A stretch of DNA of 64,000 bases, taken from the NCBI RefSeq assembly GCF_003018115.1, contig NZ_CP027457.1. One strand, 5' to 3'. Source of the stretch: Escherichia coli. GTDB lineage: Bacteria; Pseudomonadota; Gammaproteobacteria; Enterobacterales; Enterobacteriaceae. Below the pieces are notes generated by a model. That model was given only the letters and a program-made list of their open reading frames with translations. It was not told where the DNA came from and did no database searches. A program made the translations under genes and the position numbers. Shown one piece after another: positions 1 through 13,223 of this stretch (position 1 is its first letter; the number at the start of each line of letters is the position of its first letter).

Positions 1-1313
1 ACTCTTCCAGCCTGTTGTTGAAAATTATCAGCGATATTCTCGATTTCTCGAAGATTGAATCGGAACAGTTGAAGATCGAACCGCGTGAGTTTTCACCGCG
101 TGAAGTGATGAACCACATCACCGCCAACTATTTACCGCTGGTGGTACGCAAGCAGTTAGGCTTGTACTGCTTTATTGAACCGGATGTGCCAGTGGCCTTA
201 AATGGCGACCCGATGCGTTTACAGCAGGTCATCTCCAACCTGTTGAGTAACGCCATAAAATTCACCGATACCGGCTGTATAGTTTTGCATGTCCGCGCTG
301 ATGGCGATTATCTCTCTATCCGTGTTCGCGATACCGGCGTGGGGATTCCGGCGAAAGAAGTGGTGCGCTTGTTTGATCCCTTCTTCCAGGTCGGAACGGG
401 CGTACAGCGAAACTTCCAGGGGACCGGTCTGGGTCTGGCGATTTGTGAAAAACTGATCAGCATGATGGACGGCGATATCTCGGTAGATTCAGAACCGGGA
501 ATGGGCAGTCAGTTTACCGTGCGTATTCCGTTGTATGGCGCTCAGTACCCGCAGAAAAAAGGCGTGGAAGGGTTGAGTGGTAAACGCTGCTGGCTGGCGG
601 TCCGCAATGCGTCGCTCTGTCAGTTCCTGGAATCCAGTTTGCAGCGCAGCGGCATCGTCGTAACAACATACGAAGGGCAGGAACCGACTCCCGAAGATGT
701 GTTAATCACTGATGAGGTAGTGAGTAAAAAATGGCAGGGCAGAGCGGTAGTGACCTTCTGTCGTCGACATATTGGTATTCCGCTGGAGAAAGCGCCAGGG
801 GAGTGGGTACACAGTGTGGCTGCTCCGCATGAGCTACCGGCATTGTTGGCGCGTATTTATTTAATCGAGATGGAGAGCGACGATCCTGCTAACGCTCTGC
901 CGTCGACGGACAAAGCGGTCAGCGATAATGACGATATGATGATTCTGGTCGTGGATGATCATCCGATTAACCGACGTCTGCTGGCAGATCAGTTGGGATC
1001 GTTGGGCTATCAATGTAAAACCGCGAATGATGGCGTCGATGCGCTTAATGTACTTAGCAAGAATCATATTGATATCGTGCTTAGCGACGTCAACATGCCA
1101 AATATGGATGGTTACCGCTTGACGCAACGCATTCGTCAGTTGGGACTGACGTTACCGGTAATCGGAGTAACTGCTAATGCGTTGGCTGAAGAGAAGCAGC
1201 GGTGTCTGGAGTCCGGTATGGACAGCTGCCTGTCGAAGCCGGTAACGCTGGATGTGATAAAACAGACGCTGACGGTATATGCCGAGAGGGTCAGGAAATC
1301 GCGGGAATCGTAG
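1..1313 (+). CDS. rcsC: Hybrid sensor kinase RcsC, C-terminal ~435 aa (5' end outside window)
   Basis: Frame is open from base 3 (SSSLLLKIISDILDFSKIE). HATPase motifs (NLLSNAIKFT, RDTGVGIP, GTGLGLAI) are followed by a receiver domain (ILVVDDHPINRRLL..DVNMPNMDGY..SKP). Convergent with rcsB. Confidence 0.95.
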   Translation, partial: SSSLLLKIISDILDFSKIESEQLKIEPREFSPREVMNHITANYLPLVVRKQLGLYCFIEPDVPVALNGDPMRLQQVISNLLSNAIKFTDTGCIVLHVRADGDYLSIRVRDTGVGIPAKEVVRLFDPFFQVGTGVQRNFQGTGLGLAICEKLISMMDGDISVDSEPGMGSQFTVRIPLYGAQYPQKKGVEGLSGKRCWLAVRNASLCQFLESSLQRSGIVVTTYEGQEPTPEDVLITDEVVSKKWQGRAVVTFCRRHIGIPLEKAPGEWVHSVAAPHELPALLARIYLIEMESDDPANALPSTDKAVSDNDDMMILVVDDHPINRRLLADQLGSLGYQCKTANDGVDALNVLSKNHIDIVLSDVNMPNMDGYRLTQRIRQLGLTLPVIGVTANALAEEKQRCLESGMDSCLSKPVTLDVIKQTLTVYAERVRKSRES

Positions 1314-1494
<181 letters not shown>

Positions 1495-2145
1495 TTAGTC
1501 TTTATCTGCCGGACTTAAGGTCACAGAAGAGAGATAATTCAGCAGGGCGATATCGTTCTCGACACCCAGCTTCATCATCGCAGATTTCTTCTGGCTACTG
1601 ATGGTTTTAATACTGCGGTTCAGCTTTTTAGCGATCTCGGTCACCAGGAAGCCTTCCGCAAACAGGCGCAGAACTTCACTCTCTTTTGGCGAGAGACGCT
1701 TGTCACCGTAACCACCAGCACTGATTTTTTCCAACAGGCGAGAAACGCTTTCCGGGGTAAATTTCTTCCCTTTCTGCAGCGCGGCGAGAGCTTTCGGCAG
1801 ATCGGTCGGTGCACCTTGTTTCAGCACGATCCCTTCGATATCCAGATCCAATACCGCACTAAGAATCGCCGGGTTGTTGTTCATGGTCAGAACAATAATC
1901 GACAGGCTTGGGAAATGGCGCTTGATGTACTTAATTAAGGTAATGCCATCGCCGTACTTATCGCCAGGCATGGAGAGATCGGTAATCAACACATGCGCAT
2001 CCAGTTTCGGCAGGTTGTTGATCAGTGCTGTAGAGTCTTCAAATTCGCCGACAACATTCACCCACTCAATTTGCTCAAGTGATTTGCGAATACCGAACAA
2101 GACTATCGGATGGTCATCGGCAATAATTACGTTCATATTGTTCAT
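1495..2145 (-). CDS. rcsB: Response regulator RcsB (216 aa)
   Basis: ORF 1495..2190. The internal Met giving MNNMNVIIADDHPIVLFGIR matches the remembered RcsB N-terminus. Receiver domain plus LuxR-type HTH (SPKESEVLRLFAEGFLVTEIAKKLNRSIKTISSQK). Confidence 0.95.
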   Translation of the reverse strand: MNNMNVIIADDHPIVLFGIRKSLEQIEWVNVVGEFEDSTALINNLPKLDAHVLITDLSMPGDKYGDGITLIKYIKRHFPSLSIIVLTMNNNPAILSAVLDLDIEGIVLKQGAPTDLPKALAALQKGKKFTPESVSRLLEKISAGGYGDKRLSPKESEVLRLFAEGFLVTEIAKKLNRSIKTISSQKKSAMMKLGVENDIALLNYLSSVTLSPADKD

Positions 2146-2161
2146 GTAATAGGCTACCTTG

Positions 2162-4834
2162 CTACAGCAAGCTCTTGACATAACTGTCAATGTCGCTGAT
2201 GTATTTTTCTATTCCTGGAACATCCTTCTCACGAATCAGATGTTCCAGCGTTTCACATAACTGCTTGCCGGGTACCAGATTTAGCATGGCAAATACGCCT
2301 TTAAGACGATGAGCCGTTTGGGCTAACGCAGCAAAGTCACTGGTTGCTGCTTCAGTATACAGCCTCTTAACATCATCCGGTACTGTGTCTACAAAGAGCG
2401 CATAATAGCCGCTGGCATGGAGTTGCGCATTTTCATCTCCGCCCAGAGGCGATTCTGTCACCTCTTCCTGCGCCAGTTGCACTTCAATTAATTGTAAGAC
2501 CGCTTCCTGCATAGCGTTGCTCATATTGAAGTTGACGCACAATTGACCAGGCCCAATTTCCCGTACGCCAGACTCATCATCGCTTAAAAGCAAGCCAGAG
2601 GCAGTAAGATTAGACGGATTATCCGTTAAAAAGATATCATAATCTTGACTAATTAATCTTTCATCGGGTGTGATACAGGTTGCACCCCAATTTTCTAACT
2701 GGCGAGTGACAATATTCCGAATTTCTGCCGAAGTAACATCCACCATTACGCAGACATCATCCAGTAAACGCTCTTCTTCCTCTTCAACTTCCGGGTCAGC
2801 TGCGAGCATTTTGATATGCACAGAGTAGCGTGTACCAAGCCCATCCCGCGTTTTGATGTTTAAATGACCGCCCAGTTTACGTGCCAGTTGATCGCTCAGC
2901 CAGAATGCCAGCGGGTCCGCCTTGCCATAGCGATCGTTTTGGGTCTGGTTGATAAACGGGAAGTGCAAATTATCCATTTCATGAATGCTTACGCCTTCTC
3001 CGGTGTCCAGAATGCGGAACGTCAGGCGGTCTTCGGAGGACTCATCCTGATCAACCTCAAGGGTGATTTTTCCCAATTGCGTTGAGGTCACGGCATATTG
3101 CATCAGTAGCAGCAAAATACGTCGTAAGGCATCGCGATCGCCACGGCGCATATCGTGTGCTTTCAGATGATTGTTAATCAGCAGTTGCAGACCTTTACGC
3201 TTGATGGCAGGCAACACTGAAGGCACAACTTCATCAATTAAATCCTGCACGGAGAACAGCACCGTCTCACTTTTCCAGCTATCGTCCGCAAGCATGTTCG
3301 CTAACTGTATTTCATCGACCAGCCGCACCAGCACATCTGCCTGATTCGCCAGTTGTTTGCTTTCCGGGGCGTTGAGTTTAGCCGCGCTCTCCGCCAGGGA
3401 CTGTGCAGGTTCTTTCAGCGCATCGCCAATGTTTTTCATAAAGGTCATCCGCCCCTGCTGGTTTTTCTCATACAGACGCTGCGCCTGCTTGAGTTTCTTG
3501 TTTACCAGCACTTCGCGATCCTGATCGCGAATAATGAAAATTTGTGTGCGCGGCGCGACCTGGCTGCGGAACATGCGGATCTCATACAGCTCGTTATTGA
3601 TCGTCGCCTGAATAATCCCCTGATGCTGTTCCGCCATGGTGGTGATGTTTTGCAGATTCAAATGCGGCAGCAAATGATCGGCAATTTTGTTACTTATGAC
3701 AGTGCGGTTCGATTCCTGATCGTGAACCAGCAGGCCGAGCGGCAGCAGTGAGACTATCTCTTCATTGATTGCCCGTAAAATGCGCAATTCGTTATTGACC
3801 GCCGTGTTGGGTAGACTTTCTGTACTGCGACTGGAGAAATGGCGGAATGTGGTATAGCCAAATAACGCCAGCGCCAGCAAACCGATGTTCAGCAGCAGTG
3901 GCAGCAGAATGTTTTGCAACGTATCCAGCAATAAGGTGCCATAAGGAACCTGCCAGACCAGTCGCATATCGGTAGAGTTGAGTGCCGAGGAGATTTCAAT
4001 CTTCGTACTGTTAAAGTGGATACTGACGCTATCCGTCCCTTCTTTCTTATTATCATTGTCTCCCGTTGCCGTCGCGTCTGGCTCAAGGCGGAAACTGTCC
4101 AGCGGCATACCCGGTGGGATCAAATCATTAATCGGCAGATCAAAAGCCACGACCGTTGCCAGATGTCCCGGCTGGTTGAACGTGGTACGCAAGGTAAAGT
4201 AATGACCGTTCTGCCAGGCCAGGCGGCGCATGTTAGAAAAACTTTCGCGTTCATCGAGGGCGTTGGCCTGTTGCAACATCTCTGCACGACGTGAATCAAC
4301 AATGTCACTGACGGTCGATTCTTTAAATCCGGAGGTGAGATCTTTGAGGGGCAGGGTTGAGATCAGTACCAGACTGTTATCCTGACCATTCAGGTAATAC
4401 ATTGACCACGGTACATTTTCTGCGCCCCACAATGTGTCCAGATAGGTGGACATCCGTTGAGTCATCTCAAGCGTTGAGTTGTCGTGAGAGCCAAAGATTA
4501 ACGCTTCCGTTTTGCGGCGCGGTTTTTCCAGATAGTAGACATCCTGTTTCAGGCGCGTCTCTTGTAAACCTTCGCCGGAGGAGGGGGAGGTCGTCGCGGC
4601 AATGTTGTCGTAGATCTGCCAGGTCACGTAACGCCAGGTATCGACGCGCTTTTGGATAGCGTGGGTAATGTCGACAATCTGGTAACTTTTATCTTTCAGC
4701 CAGGCGTTAACGGCGCTTTGTACCATTACACCCATCGTCACCAGTAACACAATGATCAACAGTAAAAAGAAGCGGGTAATGCTCCCCGGTAGGAGTGAAA
4801 AGCGGGTCGTGGCCGTTGTCTCTTTCTGACGCAT
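2162..4834 (-). CDS. rcsD: Phosphotransfer intermediate RcsD (YojN), 890 aa
   Basis: Full-length ORF directly upstream of rcsB. N-terminal TM segments, degenerate kinase-like core and a C-terminal HPt-like region (AHRLKGVFAMLNL). Confidence 0.93.
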   Translation of the reverse strand: MRQKETTATTRFSLLPGSITRFFLLLIIVLLVTMGVMVQSAVNAWLKDKSYQIVDITHAIQKRVDTWRYVTWQIYDNIAATTSPSSGEGLQETRLKQDVYYLEKPRRKTEALIFGSHDNSTLEMTQRMSTYLDTLWGAENVPWSMYYLNGQDNSLVLISTLPLKDLTSGFKESTVSDIVDSRRAEMLQQANALDERESFSNMRRLAWQNGHYFTLRTTFNQPGHLATVVAFDLPINDLIPPGMPLDSFRLEPDATATGDNDNKKEGTDSVSIHFNSTKIEISSALNSTDMRLVWQVPYGTLLLDTLQNILLPLLLNIGLLALALFGYTTFRHFSSRSTESLPNTAVNNELRILRAINEEIVSLLPLGLLVHDQESNRTVISNKIADHLLPHLNLQNITTMAEQHQGIIQATINNELYEIRMFRSQVAPRTQIFIIRDQDREVLVNKKLKQAQRLYEKNQQGRMTFMKNIGDALKEPAQSLAESAAKLNAPESKQLANQADVLVRLVDEIQLANMLADDSWKSETVLFSVQDLIDEVVPSVLPAIKRKGLQLLINNHLKAHDMRRGDRDALRRILLLLMQYAVTSTQLGKITLEVDQDESSEDRLTFRILDTGEGVSIHEMDNLHFPFINQTQNDRYGKADPLAFWLSDQLARKLGGHLNIKTRDGLGTRYSVHIKMLAADPEVEEEEERLLDDVCVMVDVTSAEIRNIVTRQLENWGATCITPDERLISQDYDIFLTDNPSNLTASGLLLSDDESGVREIGPGQLCVNFNMSNAMQEAVLQLIEVQLAQEEVTESPLGGDENAQLHASGYYALFVDTVPDDVKRLYTEAATSDFAALAQTAHRLKGVFAMLNLVPGKQLCETLEHLIREKDVPGIEKYISDIDSYVKSLL

Positions 4835-5145
4835 TCGTGTTTATGACCTGTTAAAACTTCGCGAAGTGATAGGGCAGTATAAAGGGTACAGTGTGAAATT
4901 CCAGACTCTTACCTGATTGATGATTCTCTATTCTCCTGTGATATTTATCATCCTGTATGGGGGGAAATAGATGTACAAGCGCCATTTTGCTGTACAAATA
5001 ACCTACGAAAAGCCCAACGAAATTAATTGCAAATAAACGAAAATTGCTGGAAATTATGCTGATGTTAATTATTTGTGAAATAGTTAACAAGCGTTATAGT
5101 TTTTCTCTGGTAGCACAGAATAATGAAAAGTGTGTAAAGAAGGGT

Positions 5146-5238
5146 AAAAAAAACCGGATGCGAGGCATCCGGTTGAAATAGGGGTAAACAGACATTCAGA
5201 AATGAATGACGGTAATAAATAAAGTTAATGATGATAGC
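5146..5238 (-). ncRNA. micF: MicF antisense sRNA
   Basis: Reverse complement reads GCTATCATCATTAACTTTATTTATTACCGTCATTCATTTCTGAATGTCTGTTTACCCCTATTTCAACCGGATGCCTCGCATCCGGTTTTTTTT, which is the remembered micF sequence. Divergent from ompC. Terminator hairpin plus U-run present. Confidence 0.9.
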
Positions 5239-5393
5239 GGGAGTTATTCTAGTTGCGAGTGAAGGTTTTGTTTTGACATTCAGTGCTGTCAAATACTTAA
5301 GAATAAGTTATTGATTTTAACCTTGAATTATTATTGCTTGATGTTGGGTGCTTATTTCGCCATTCCGTAATAATCTTAAAAAGTTCCCTTGCA

Positions 5394-5457
5394 TTTACAT
5401 TTTGAAACATCTATAGCGATAAATGAAACATCTTAAAAGTTTTAGTATCATATTCGT
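5394..5457 (+). promoter_or_regulatory. OmpR-binding boxes C1-C3 of the ompC promoter
   Basis: TTTACATTTTGAAACATCTA, then ..AATGAAACATCTT.. and ..AGTTTTAGTATCATATTCGT, ~120-180 bp upstream of the ompC ATG. Matches the remembered C1-C3 arrangement. Confidence 0.7.
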
Positions 5458-5572
5458 GTTGGATTATTCTGCATTTTTGGGGAGAATGGACTTGCCGACT
5501 GATTAATGAGGGTTAATCAGTATGCAGTGGCATAAAAAAGCAAATAAAGGCATATAACAGAGGGTTAATAAC

Positions 5573-6685
5573 ATGAAAGTTAAAGTACTGTCCCTCCTGG
5601 TCCCAGCTCTGCTGGTAGCAGGCGCAGCAAACGCTGCTGAAGTTTACAACAAAGACGGCAACAAATTAGATCTGTACGGTAAAGTAGACGGCCTGCACTA
5701 TTTCTCCGACAACGATAAGGTTGATGGCGACAAGACCTACATGCGTCTTGGCTTCAAAGGTGAAACTCAGGTTACTGACCAGCTGACCGGTTACGGCCAG
5801 TGGGAATATCAGATCCAGGGCAACGCTCCGGAAAGCGAAAACAACTCCTGGACCCGTGTGGCATTTGCTGGTCTGAAATTCCAGGACGTTGGTTCTTTCG
5901 ACTACGGTCGTAACTACGGCGTTGTTTACGACGTAACCTCTTGGACCGACGTGCTGCCAGAATTCGGTGGCGACACCTACGGTTCTGACAACTTCATGCA
6001 GCAGCGTGGTAACGGCTTCGCGACCTACCGTAACACCGACTTCTTCGGTCTGGTTGACGGCCTGAACTTTGCTGTTCAGTACCAGGGCAAAAACGGTAGC
6101 GTAAGCGGCGAAGGCATGACCAACAACGGTCGTGATGCTCTTGAGCAGAACGGTGACGGTGTTGGTGGTTCTATCACTTATGACATCGGTGAAGGCTTCA
6201 GCTTCGGTGGTGCGATCTCCAGCTCCAAACGCACCGCAGAGCAGAACAACAGTGCTCGTTTCATCGGTAATGGTGATCGTGCAGAAACCTACACTGGTGG
6301 TCTGAAATACGACGCTAACAACATCTACCTGGCTGCTCAGTACACCCAGACTTATAACGCAACTCTGGCTGGTGATTTAGGCTGGGCGAACAAAGCCCAG
6401 AACTTTGAAGTGGTTGCCCAGTATCAGTTCGACTTCGGTCTGCGTCCTTCTGTTGCTTACCTGCAGTCCAAAGGTAAAAATCTGAATGCCAACATCGCTG
6501 GTCGTACTTACGACGACGAAGATCTGGTGAAATATGTTGATGTTGGTGCTACCTACTACTTCAACAAAAACATGTCCACCTATGTTGATTACAAAATCAA
6601 CCTGCTGGACGACAATAACTTCACCCGCGCTGCTGGCATCAACACTGATGACATCGTAGCTCTGGGTCTGGTTTACCAGTTCTAA
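5573..6685 (+). CDS. ompC: Outer membrane porin OmpC (370 aa; non-K-12 loop allele)
   Basis: [45 protein letters not shown] ... ALGLVYQF, with signal peptide and C-terminal beta-barrel motif. Several surface-loop stretches differ from the K-12 protein as I remember it. Confidence 0.95.
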   Translation: MKVKVLSLLVPALLVAGAANAAEVYNKDGNKLDLYGKVDGLHYFSDNDKVDGDKTYMRLGFKGETQVTDQLTGYGQWEYQIQGNAPESENNSWTRVAFAGLKFQDVGSFDYGRNYGVVYDVTSWTDVLPEFGGDTYGSDNFMQQRGNGFATYRNTDFFGLVDGLNFAVQYQGKNGSVSGEGMTNNGRDALEQNGDGVGGSITYDIGEGFSFGGAISSSKRTAEQNNSARFIGNGDRAETYTGGLKYDANNIYLAAQYTQTYNATLAGDLGWANKAQNFEVVAQYQFDFGLRPSVAYLQSKGKNLNANIAGRTYDDEDLVKYVDVGATYYFNKNMSTYVDYKINLLDDNNFTRAAGINTDDIVALGLVYQF

Positions 6686-6705
6686 TCTCGATTGATATCG
6701 AACAA

Positions 6706-6727
6706 AGGGCCTGCGGGCCCTTTTTTC
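6706..6727 (+). terminator. Rho-independent terminator of ompC
   Basis: GGGCC-tgc-GGGCCC hairpin followed by TTTTTT. Confidence 0.75.
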
Positions 6728-6796
6728 ATTGTTTTCAGCGTACAAACTCAGTTTTTTGGTGTACTCTTGCGACCGTTCGCATGAGGATAATCACGT

Positions 6797-7852
6797 ATGG
6801 AAATAAGCTTTACCCGCGTGGCACTGCTGGCTGCCGCGCTCTTCTTTGTTGGTTGCGATCAAAAACCACAACCCGCCAAAACCCACGCTACTGAAGTTAC
6901 CGTTCTTGAAGGCAAAACCATGGGTACCTTCTGGCGTGCCAGCATCCCGGGCATTGATGCCAAACGCAGTGCCGAACTTAAAGAAAAGATTCAGACCCAG
7001 CTGGACGCCGACGATCAGCTGCTTTCGACCTATAAAAAAGATTCCGCGCTGATGCGCTTTAACGACTCGCAAAGTTTGTCGCCGTGGCCAGTAAGTGAAG
7101 CGATGGCCGAAATCGTCACTACCTCGCTGCGCATTGGCGCGAAGACCGATGGTGCGATGGATATTACCGTCGGGCCGCTGGTGAATCTGTGGGGCTTTGG
7201 CCCGGAACAACAGCCGGTTCAAATTCCGAGCCAGGAACAGATCGATGCGATGAAAGCCAAAACCGGCTTACAGCACCTGACGGTCATTAATCAGTCGCAT
7301 CAGCAATATCTGCAAAAAGACCTGCCGGATTTATATGTCGATCTCTCTACCGTCGGCGAAGGTTATGCGGCGGATCACCTGGCACGCTTGATGGAGCAGG
7401 AAGGGATTTCCCGCTATCTGGTGTCGGTGGGCGGCGCGCTGAACAGCCGTGGTATGAACGGTGAAGGCCTGCCGTGGCGGGTAGCGATTCAAAAACCAAC
7501 CGATAAAGAAAACGCAGTTCAGGCTGTGGTGGATATCAACGGTCATGGGATTAGCACCTCTGGCAGCTACCGTAACTATTACGAACTGGACGGCAAACGT
7601 CTTTCCCATGTTATCGATCCGCAAACCGGGCGTCCCATCGAACACAATCTGGTATCCGTGACGGTGATTGCTCCGACGGCGCTGGAAGCCGATGCCTGGG
7701 ATACTGGCTTGATGGTACTCGGGCCGGAGAAAGCCAAAGAGGTTGTTCGCCGGGAAGGGCTGGCGGTTTATATGATCACCAAAGAAGGCGATAGCTTTAA
7801 AACCTGGATGTCACCACAGTTTAAAAGCTTCCTTGTCAGCGAAAAAAATTAA
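6797..7852 (+). CDS. apbE: FAD:protein FMN transferase ApbE (lipoprotein)
   Basis: 351-aa ORF with lipobox (LFFVGC). Matches remembered ApbE. Sits between ompC and ada. Confidence 0.9.
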   Translation: MEISFTRVALLAAALFFVGCDQKPQPAKTHATEVTVLEGKTMGTFWRASIPGIDAKRSAELKEKIQTQLDADDQLLSTYKKDSALMRFNDSQSLSPWPVSEAMAEIVTTSLRIGAKTDGAMDITVGPLVNLWGFGPEQQPVQIPSQEQIDAMKAKTGLQHLTVINQSHQQYLQKDLPDLYVDLSTVGEGYAADHLARLMEQEGISRYLVSVGGALNSRGMNGEGLPWRVAIQKPTDKENAVQAVVDINGHGISTSGSYRNYYELDGKRLSHVIDPQTGRPIEHNLVSVTVIAPTALEADAWDTGLMVLGPEKAKEVVRREGLAVYMITKEGDSFKTWMSPQFKSFLVSEKN

Positions 7853-7858
7853 AGCGCA
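7846..7858 (+). promoter_or_regulatory. Ada box of the ada-alkB promoter
   Basis: AAATTAAAGCGCA (AAAnnAAAGCGCA consensus) ~70 bp upstream of the ada ATG. Confidence 0.7.
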
Positions 7859-7925
7859 AGATTGTTGGTTTTTGCGTGATGGTGACCGGGCAGACTAAAG
7901 GCTATCCTTAACCAGGGAGCTGATT

Positions 7926-8990
7926 ATGAAAAACGCCACATGCTTAACTGACGATCAACGCTGGCAATCTGTCTTAGCCCGCGACCCGAATGCCGACGGC
8001 GAATTCGTTTTCGCCGTGCGCACCACAGGCATCTTTTGCCGTCCGTCTTGCCGCGCCAGACATGCCTTGCGGGAAAATGTCTCCTTCTACGCAAATGCCA
8101 GCGAGGCACTCGCCGCCGGATTTCGCCCCTGCAAACGTTGTCAGCCAGACAAAGCCAATGCCCAGCAACATCGGTTGGATAAAATCACCCACGCGTGTCG
8201 ACTGCTGGAACAGGAAACGCCTGTAACGTTGGAAGCCTTAGCCGACCAGGTGGCGATGAGTCCATTTTATCTACATCGGTTGTTTAAAGCGACTACCGGA
8301 ATGACGCCTAAAGCCTGGCAACAGGCCTGGCGCGCTCGCCGTTTGCGCGAATCGCTGGCGAAAGGGGAGAGCGTGACGACGTCTATTCTTAACGCCGGAT
8401 TCCCCGACAGCAGCAGTTACTACCGCAAAGCCGATGAAACGCTGGGCATGACGGCTAAACAATTCCGTCACGGTGGCGAAAATCTGGCGGTGCGTTACGC
8501 GCTGGCTGATTGTGCGCTGGGGCGTTGCCTGGTGGCAGAAAGCGAGCGGGGGATTTGCGCGATATTGCTGGGCGATGATGACGCGACACTAATCAGCGAG
8601 TTGCAGCAGATGTTTCCCGCTGCCGACAACGCGCCTGCCGATCTGACGTTTCAGCAACATGTGCGTGAAGTGATCGCCAGCCTCAATCAACGCGATACGC
8701 CGCTGACGTTACCGCTGGATATTCGCGGCACTGCTTTTCAGCAACAAGTCTGGCAGGCACTGCGCACGATACCTTGCGGTGAAACCGTCAGTTATCAGCA
8801 ACTGGCTAACGCCATCGGCAAACCGAAAGCGGTACGGGCCGTTGCAAGTGCCTGTGCCGCCAACAAGCTGGCTATCGTTATACCCTGTCATCGGGTAGTA
8901 CGCGATGATGGATCGCTTTCAGGTTACCGCTGGGGCGCGTCGCGCAAAGCGCAACTGCTGCGCCGCGAAGCTGAGAATGAGGAGAGGTAA
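7926..8990 (+). CDS. ada: Ada methyltransferase / transcriptional activator
   Basis: 354 aa. N-terminal Cys cluster (FCRPSCRAR..PCKRCQP), AraC-type HTH and C-terminal PCHRV active site. Confidence 0.95.
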   Translation: MKNATCLTDDQRWQSVLARDPNADGEFVFAVRTTGIFCRPSCRARHALRENVSFYANASEALAAGFRPCKRCQPDKANAQQHRLDKITHACRLLEQETPVTLEALADQVAMSPFYLHRLFKATTGMTPKAWQQAWRARRLRESLAKGESVTTSILNAGFPDSSSYYRKADETLGMTAKQFRHGGENLAVRYALADCALGRCLVAESERGICAILLGDDDATLISELQQMFPAADNAPADLTFQQHVREVIASLNQRDTPLTLPLDIRGTAFQQQVWQALRTIPCGETVSYQQLANAIGKPKAVRAVASACAANKLAIVIPCHRVVRDDGSLSGYRWGASRKAQLLRREAENEER

Positions 8991-9640
8991 TGTTGGATCT
9001 GTTTGCCGATGCTGAACCGTGGCAAGAGCCACTGGCGGCTGGTGCGGTAATTTTACGGCGTTTTGCTTTTAATGCTGCGGAGCAACTGATCCGCGATATT
9101 AATGACGTTGCCAGCCAGTCGCCGTTTCGCCAGATGGTCACCCCCGGGGGATATACCATGTCGGTGGCGATGACCAACTGTGGGCATCTGGGCTGGACGA
9201 CTCATCGGCAAGGTTATCTCTATTCGCCCATTGATCCGCAAACAAATAAACCGTGGCCCGCCATGCCTCAGAGTTTTCATAATTTATGTCAACGTGCGGC
9301 TACGGCGGCTGGCTATCCAGATTTCCAGCCAGATGCTTGTCTTATCAACCGCTACGCTCCTGGCGCGAAACTGTCGCTGCATCAGGATAAAGACGAACCG
9401 GATCTGCGCGCGCCAATTGTTTCTGTTTCTCTGGGCTTACCCGCGATTTTTCAATTTGGTGGCCTGAAACGTAATGATCCGCTCAAACGTTTGTTGTTGG
9501 AACATGGCGATGTGGTGGTATGGGGCGGTGAATCGCGGCTGTTTTATCACGGTATTCAACCGTTGAAAGCGGGGTTTCATCCACTCACCACCGACTGCCG
9601 CTACAACCTGACATTCCGTCAGGCAGGTAAAAAAGAATAA
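8990..9640 (+). CDS. alkB: Alpha-ketoglutarate/Fe(II) dioxygenase AlkB
   Basis: 216 aa. Start overlaps the ada stop (TAATG). HQDKDE and RYNLTFRQ motifs. Confidence 0.95.
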   Translation: MLDLFADAEPWQEPLAAGAVILRRFAFNAAEQLIRDINDVASQSPFRQMVTPGGYTMSVAMTNCGHLGWTTHRQGYLYSPIDPQTNKPWPAMPQSFHNLCQRAATAAGYPDFQPDACLINRYAPGAKLSLHQDKDEPDLRAPIVSVSLGLPAIFQFGGLKRNDPLKRLLLEHGDVVVWGGESRLFYHGIQPLKAGFHPLTTDCRYNLTFRQAGKKE

Positions 9641-9715
9641 AAATAAGAATTATTATTGCTGTGCGCGCGAAGATGTTTAAACTGCGGGCTGTAATTCATT
9701 GTCCGGGTTTTCTGC

Positions 9716-11359
9716 ATGGAACTTCTTATACTTGTCTGGCGGCAGTATCGCTGGCCATTTATCAGTGTGATGGCGCTAAGCCTCGCCAGTGCGGCATTAG
9801 GCATTGGCTTAATTGCTTTTATCAATCAGCGCCTTATCGAAACGGCGGATACCAGTCTGCTGGTGTTGCCGGAGTTTCTGGGATTATTGCTGCTGTTGAT
9901 GGCAGTCACTCTCGGATCGCAACTGGCGCTCACCACTTTGGGGCATCACTTCGTTTACCGACTGCGTAGTGAATTTATCAAGCGGATTCTGGATACTCAC
10001 GTCGAGCGCATTGAACAACTCGGTAGCGCCTCGTTGCTGGCGGGATTAACCAGCGATGTGCGCAATATCACCATTGCTTTTGTGCGTCTGCCGGAACTTG
10101 TGCAGGGGATCATTCTCACTATCGGTTCCGCGGCGTATCTGTGGATGCTGTCGGGCAAAATGTTGCTGGTAACGGCTATCTGGATGGCGATCACCATCTG
10201 GGGCGGTTTTTTGCTGGTGGCGCGGGTGTACAAACATATGGCGACCCTGCGTGAAACCGAAGACAAGCTGTACACGGATTTTCAAACTGTACTTGAAGGG
10301 CGCAAAGAGCTGACTCTGAACCGGGAACGCGCCGAGTATGTGTTTAACAACCTCTACATTCCTGATGCGCAAGAGTATCGCCATCATATTATTCGCGCAG
10401 ACACCTTCCATCTTAGTGCCGTGAACTGGTCAAACATCATGATGCTGGGCGCAATCGGCCTGGTGTTCTGGATGGCGAACAGCCTCGGTTGGGCTGATAC
10501 CAACGTTGCCGCGACCTATTCGTTGACGCTTTTATTCCTGCGTACGCCGCTGCTTTCGGCGGTTGGCGCATTGCCGACGCTGCTGACGGCGCAGGTGGCG
10601 TTTAACAAGCTGAACAAATTCGCGCTCGCGCCTTTCAAAGCAGAGTTTCCGCGCCCGCAGGCGTTTCCCAACTGGCAAACGCTGGAGCTGCGTAACGTGA
10701 CGTTTAGCTATCAGGATAACGCGTTTTCCGTTGGGCCGATTAACCTCACCATTAAACGTGGCGAGCTGCTGTTTCTGATTGGTGGCAACGGTAGTGGAAA
10801 ATCGACGCTGGCGATGTTGTTGACGGGCTTGTATCAGCCACAAAGCGGCGAAATCTTGCTGGATGGCAAACCTGTCAGCGGCGAACAACCGGAAGATTAT
10901 CGCAAACTGTTTTCGGCAGTGTTTACCGATGTCTGGCTGTTTGATCAACTGCTGGGGCCGGAGGGTAAACCCGCTAACTCGCAACTGGTTGAGAAGTGGC
11001 TGGCGCAGCTGAAAATGGCTCATAAGCTTGAGTTAAGCAACGGGCGTATTGTTAACCTGAAGTTATCAAAAGGGCAGAAAAAACGCGTGGCGCTGTTGCT
11101 GGCGCTGGCAGAAGAACGCGATATTATCCTGCTGGATGAATGGGCGGCGGATCAGGATCCACACTTCCGTCGTGAGTTTTATCAGGTGTTGCTGCCGCTG
11201 ATGCAGGAGATGGGTAAAACTATTTTCGCCATCAGTCATGATGATCATTACTTTATCCACGCCGACCGCCTGCTGGAAATGCGCAACGGGCAACTTAGCG
11301 AGCTGACGGGCGAAGAGCGCGATGCTGCTTCGCGTGATGCCGTTGCCCGGACGGCATAA
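9716..11359 (+). CDS. yojI: ABC transporter YojI (microcin J25 efflux), fused TMD-NBD
   Basis: 547 aa. Walker [10 protein letters not shown], signature LSKGQKKR and Walker [13 protein letters not shown]. Confidence 0.9.
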   Translation: MELLILVWRQYRWPFISVMALSLASAALGIGLIAFINQRLIETADTSLLVLPEFLGLLLLLMAVTLGSQLALTTLGHHFVYRLRSEFIKRILDTHVERIEQLGSASLLAGLTSDVRNITIAFVRLPELVQGIILTIGSAAYLWMLSGKMLLVTAIWMAITIWGGFLLVARVYKHMATLRETEDKLYTDFQTVLEGRKELTLNRERAEYVFNNLYIPDAQEYRHHIIRADTFHLSAVNWSNIMMLGAIGLVFWMANSLGWADTNVAATYSLTLLFLRTPLLSAVGALPTLLTAQVAFNKLNKFALAPFKAEFPRPQAFPNWQTLELRNVTFSYQDNAFSVGPINLTIKRGELLFLIGGNGSGKSTLAMLLTGLYQPQSGEILLDGKPVSGEQPEDYRKLFSAVFTDVWLFDQLLGPEGKPANSQLVEKWLAQLKMAHKLELSNGRIVNLKLSKGQKKRVALLLALAEERDIILLDEWAADQDPHFRREFYQVLLPLMQEMGKTIFAISHDDHYFIHADRLLEMRNGQLSELTGEERDAASRDAVARTA

Positions 11360-11564
11360 TATTACGACGCTGACCTGGCGGACTGCTGCCGCCAGGTCAA
11401 TATGCTAAAAATCCCTTCATTTCTAATAACCCTATAATTAATCAACGAAATTATAATGTTTCTAAAATTAGAATATAATTTATAAACATTATTTCAATGT
11501 TGTTACTTAAGTGTTACCGTTGATGCCGCGCAAATCTCACCTGCAATAAAGCGACTAAAAGTAA

Positions 11565-13223
<1,659 letters not shown>

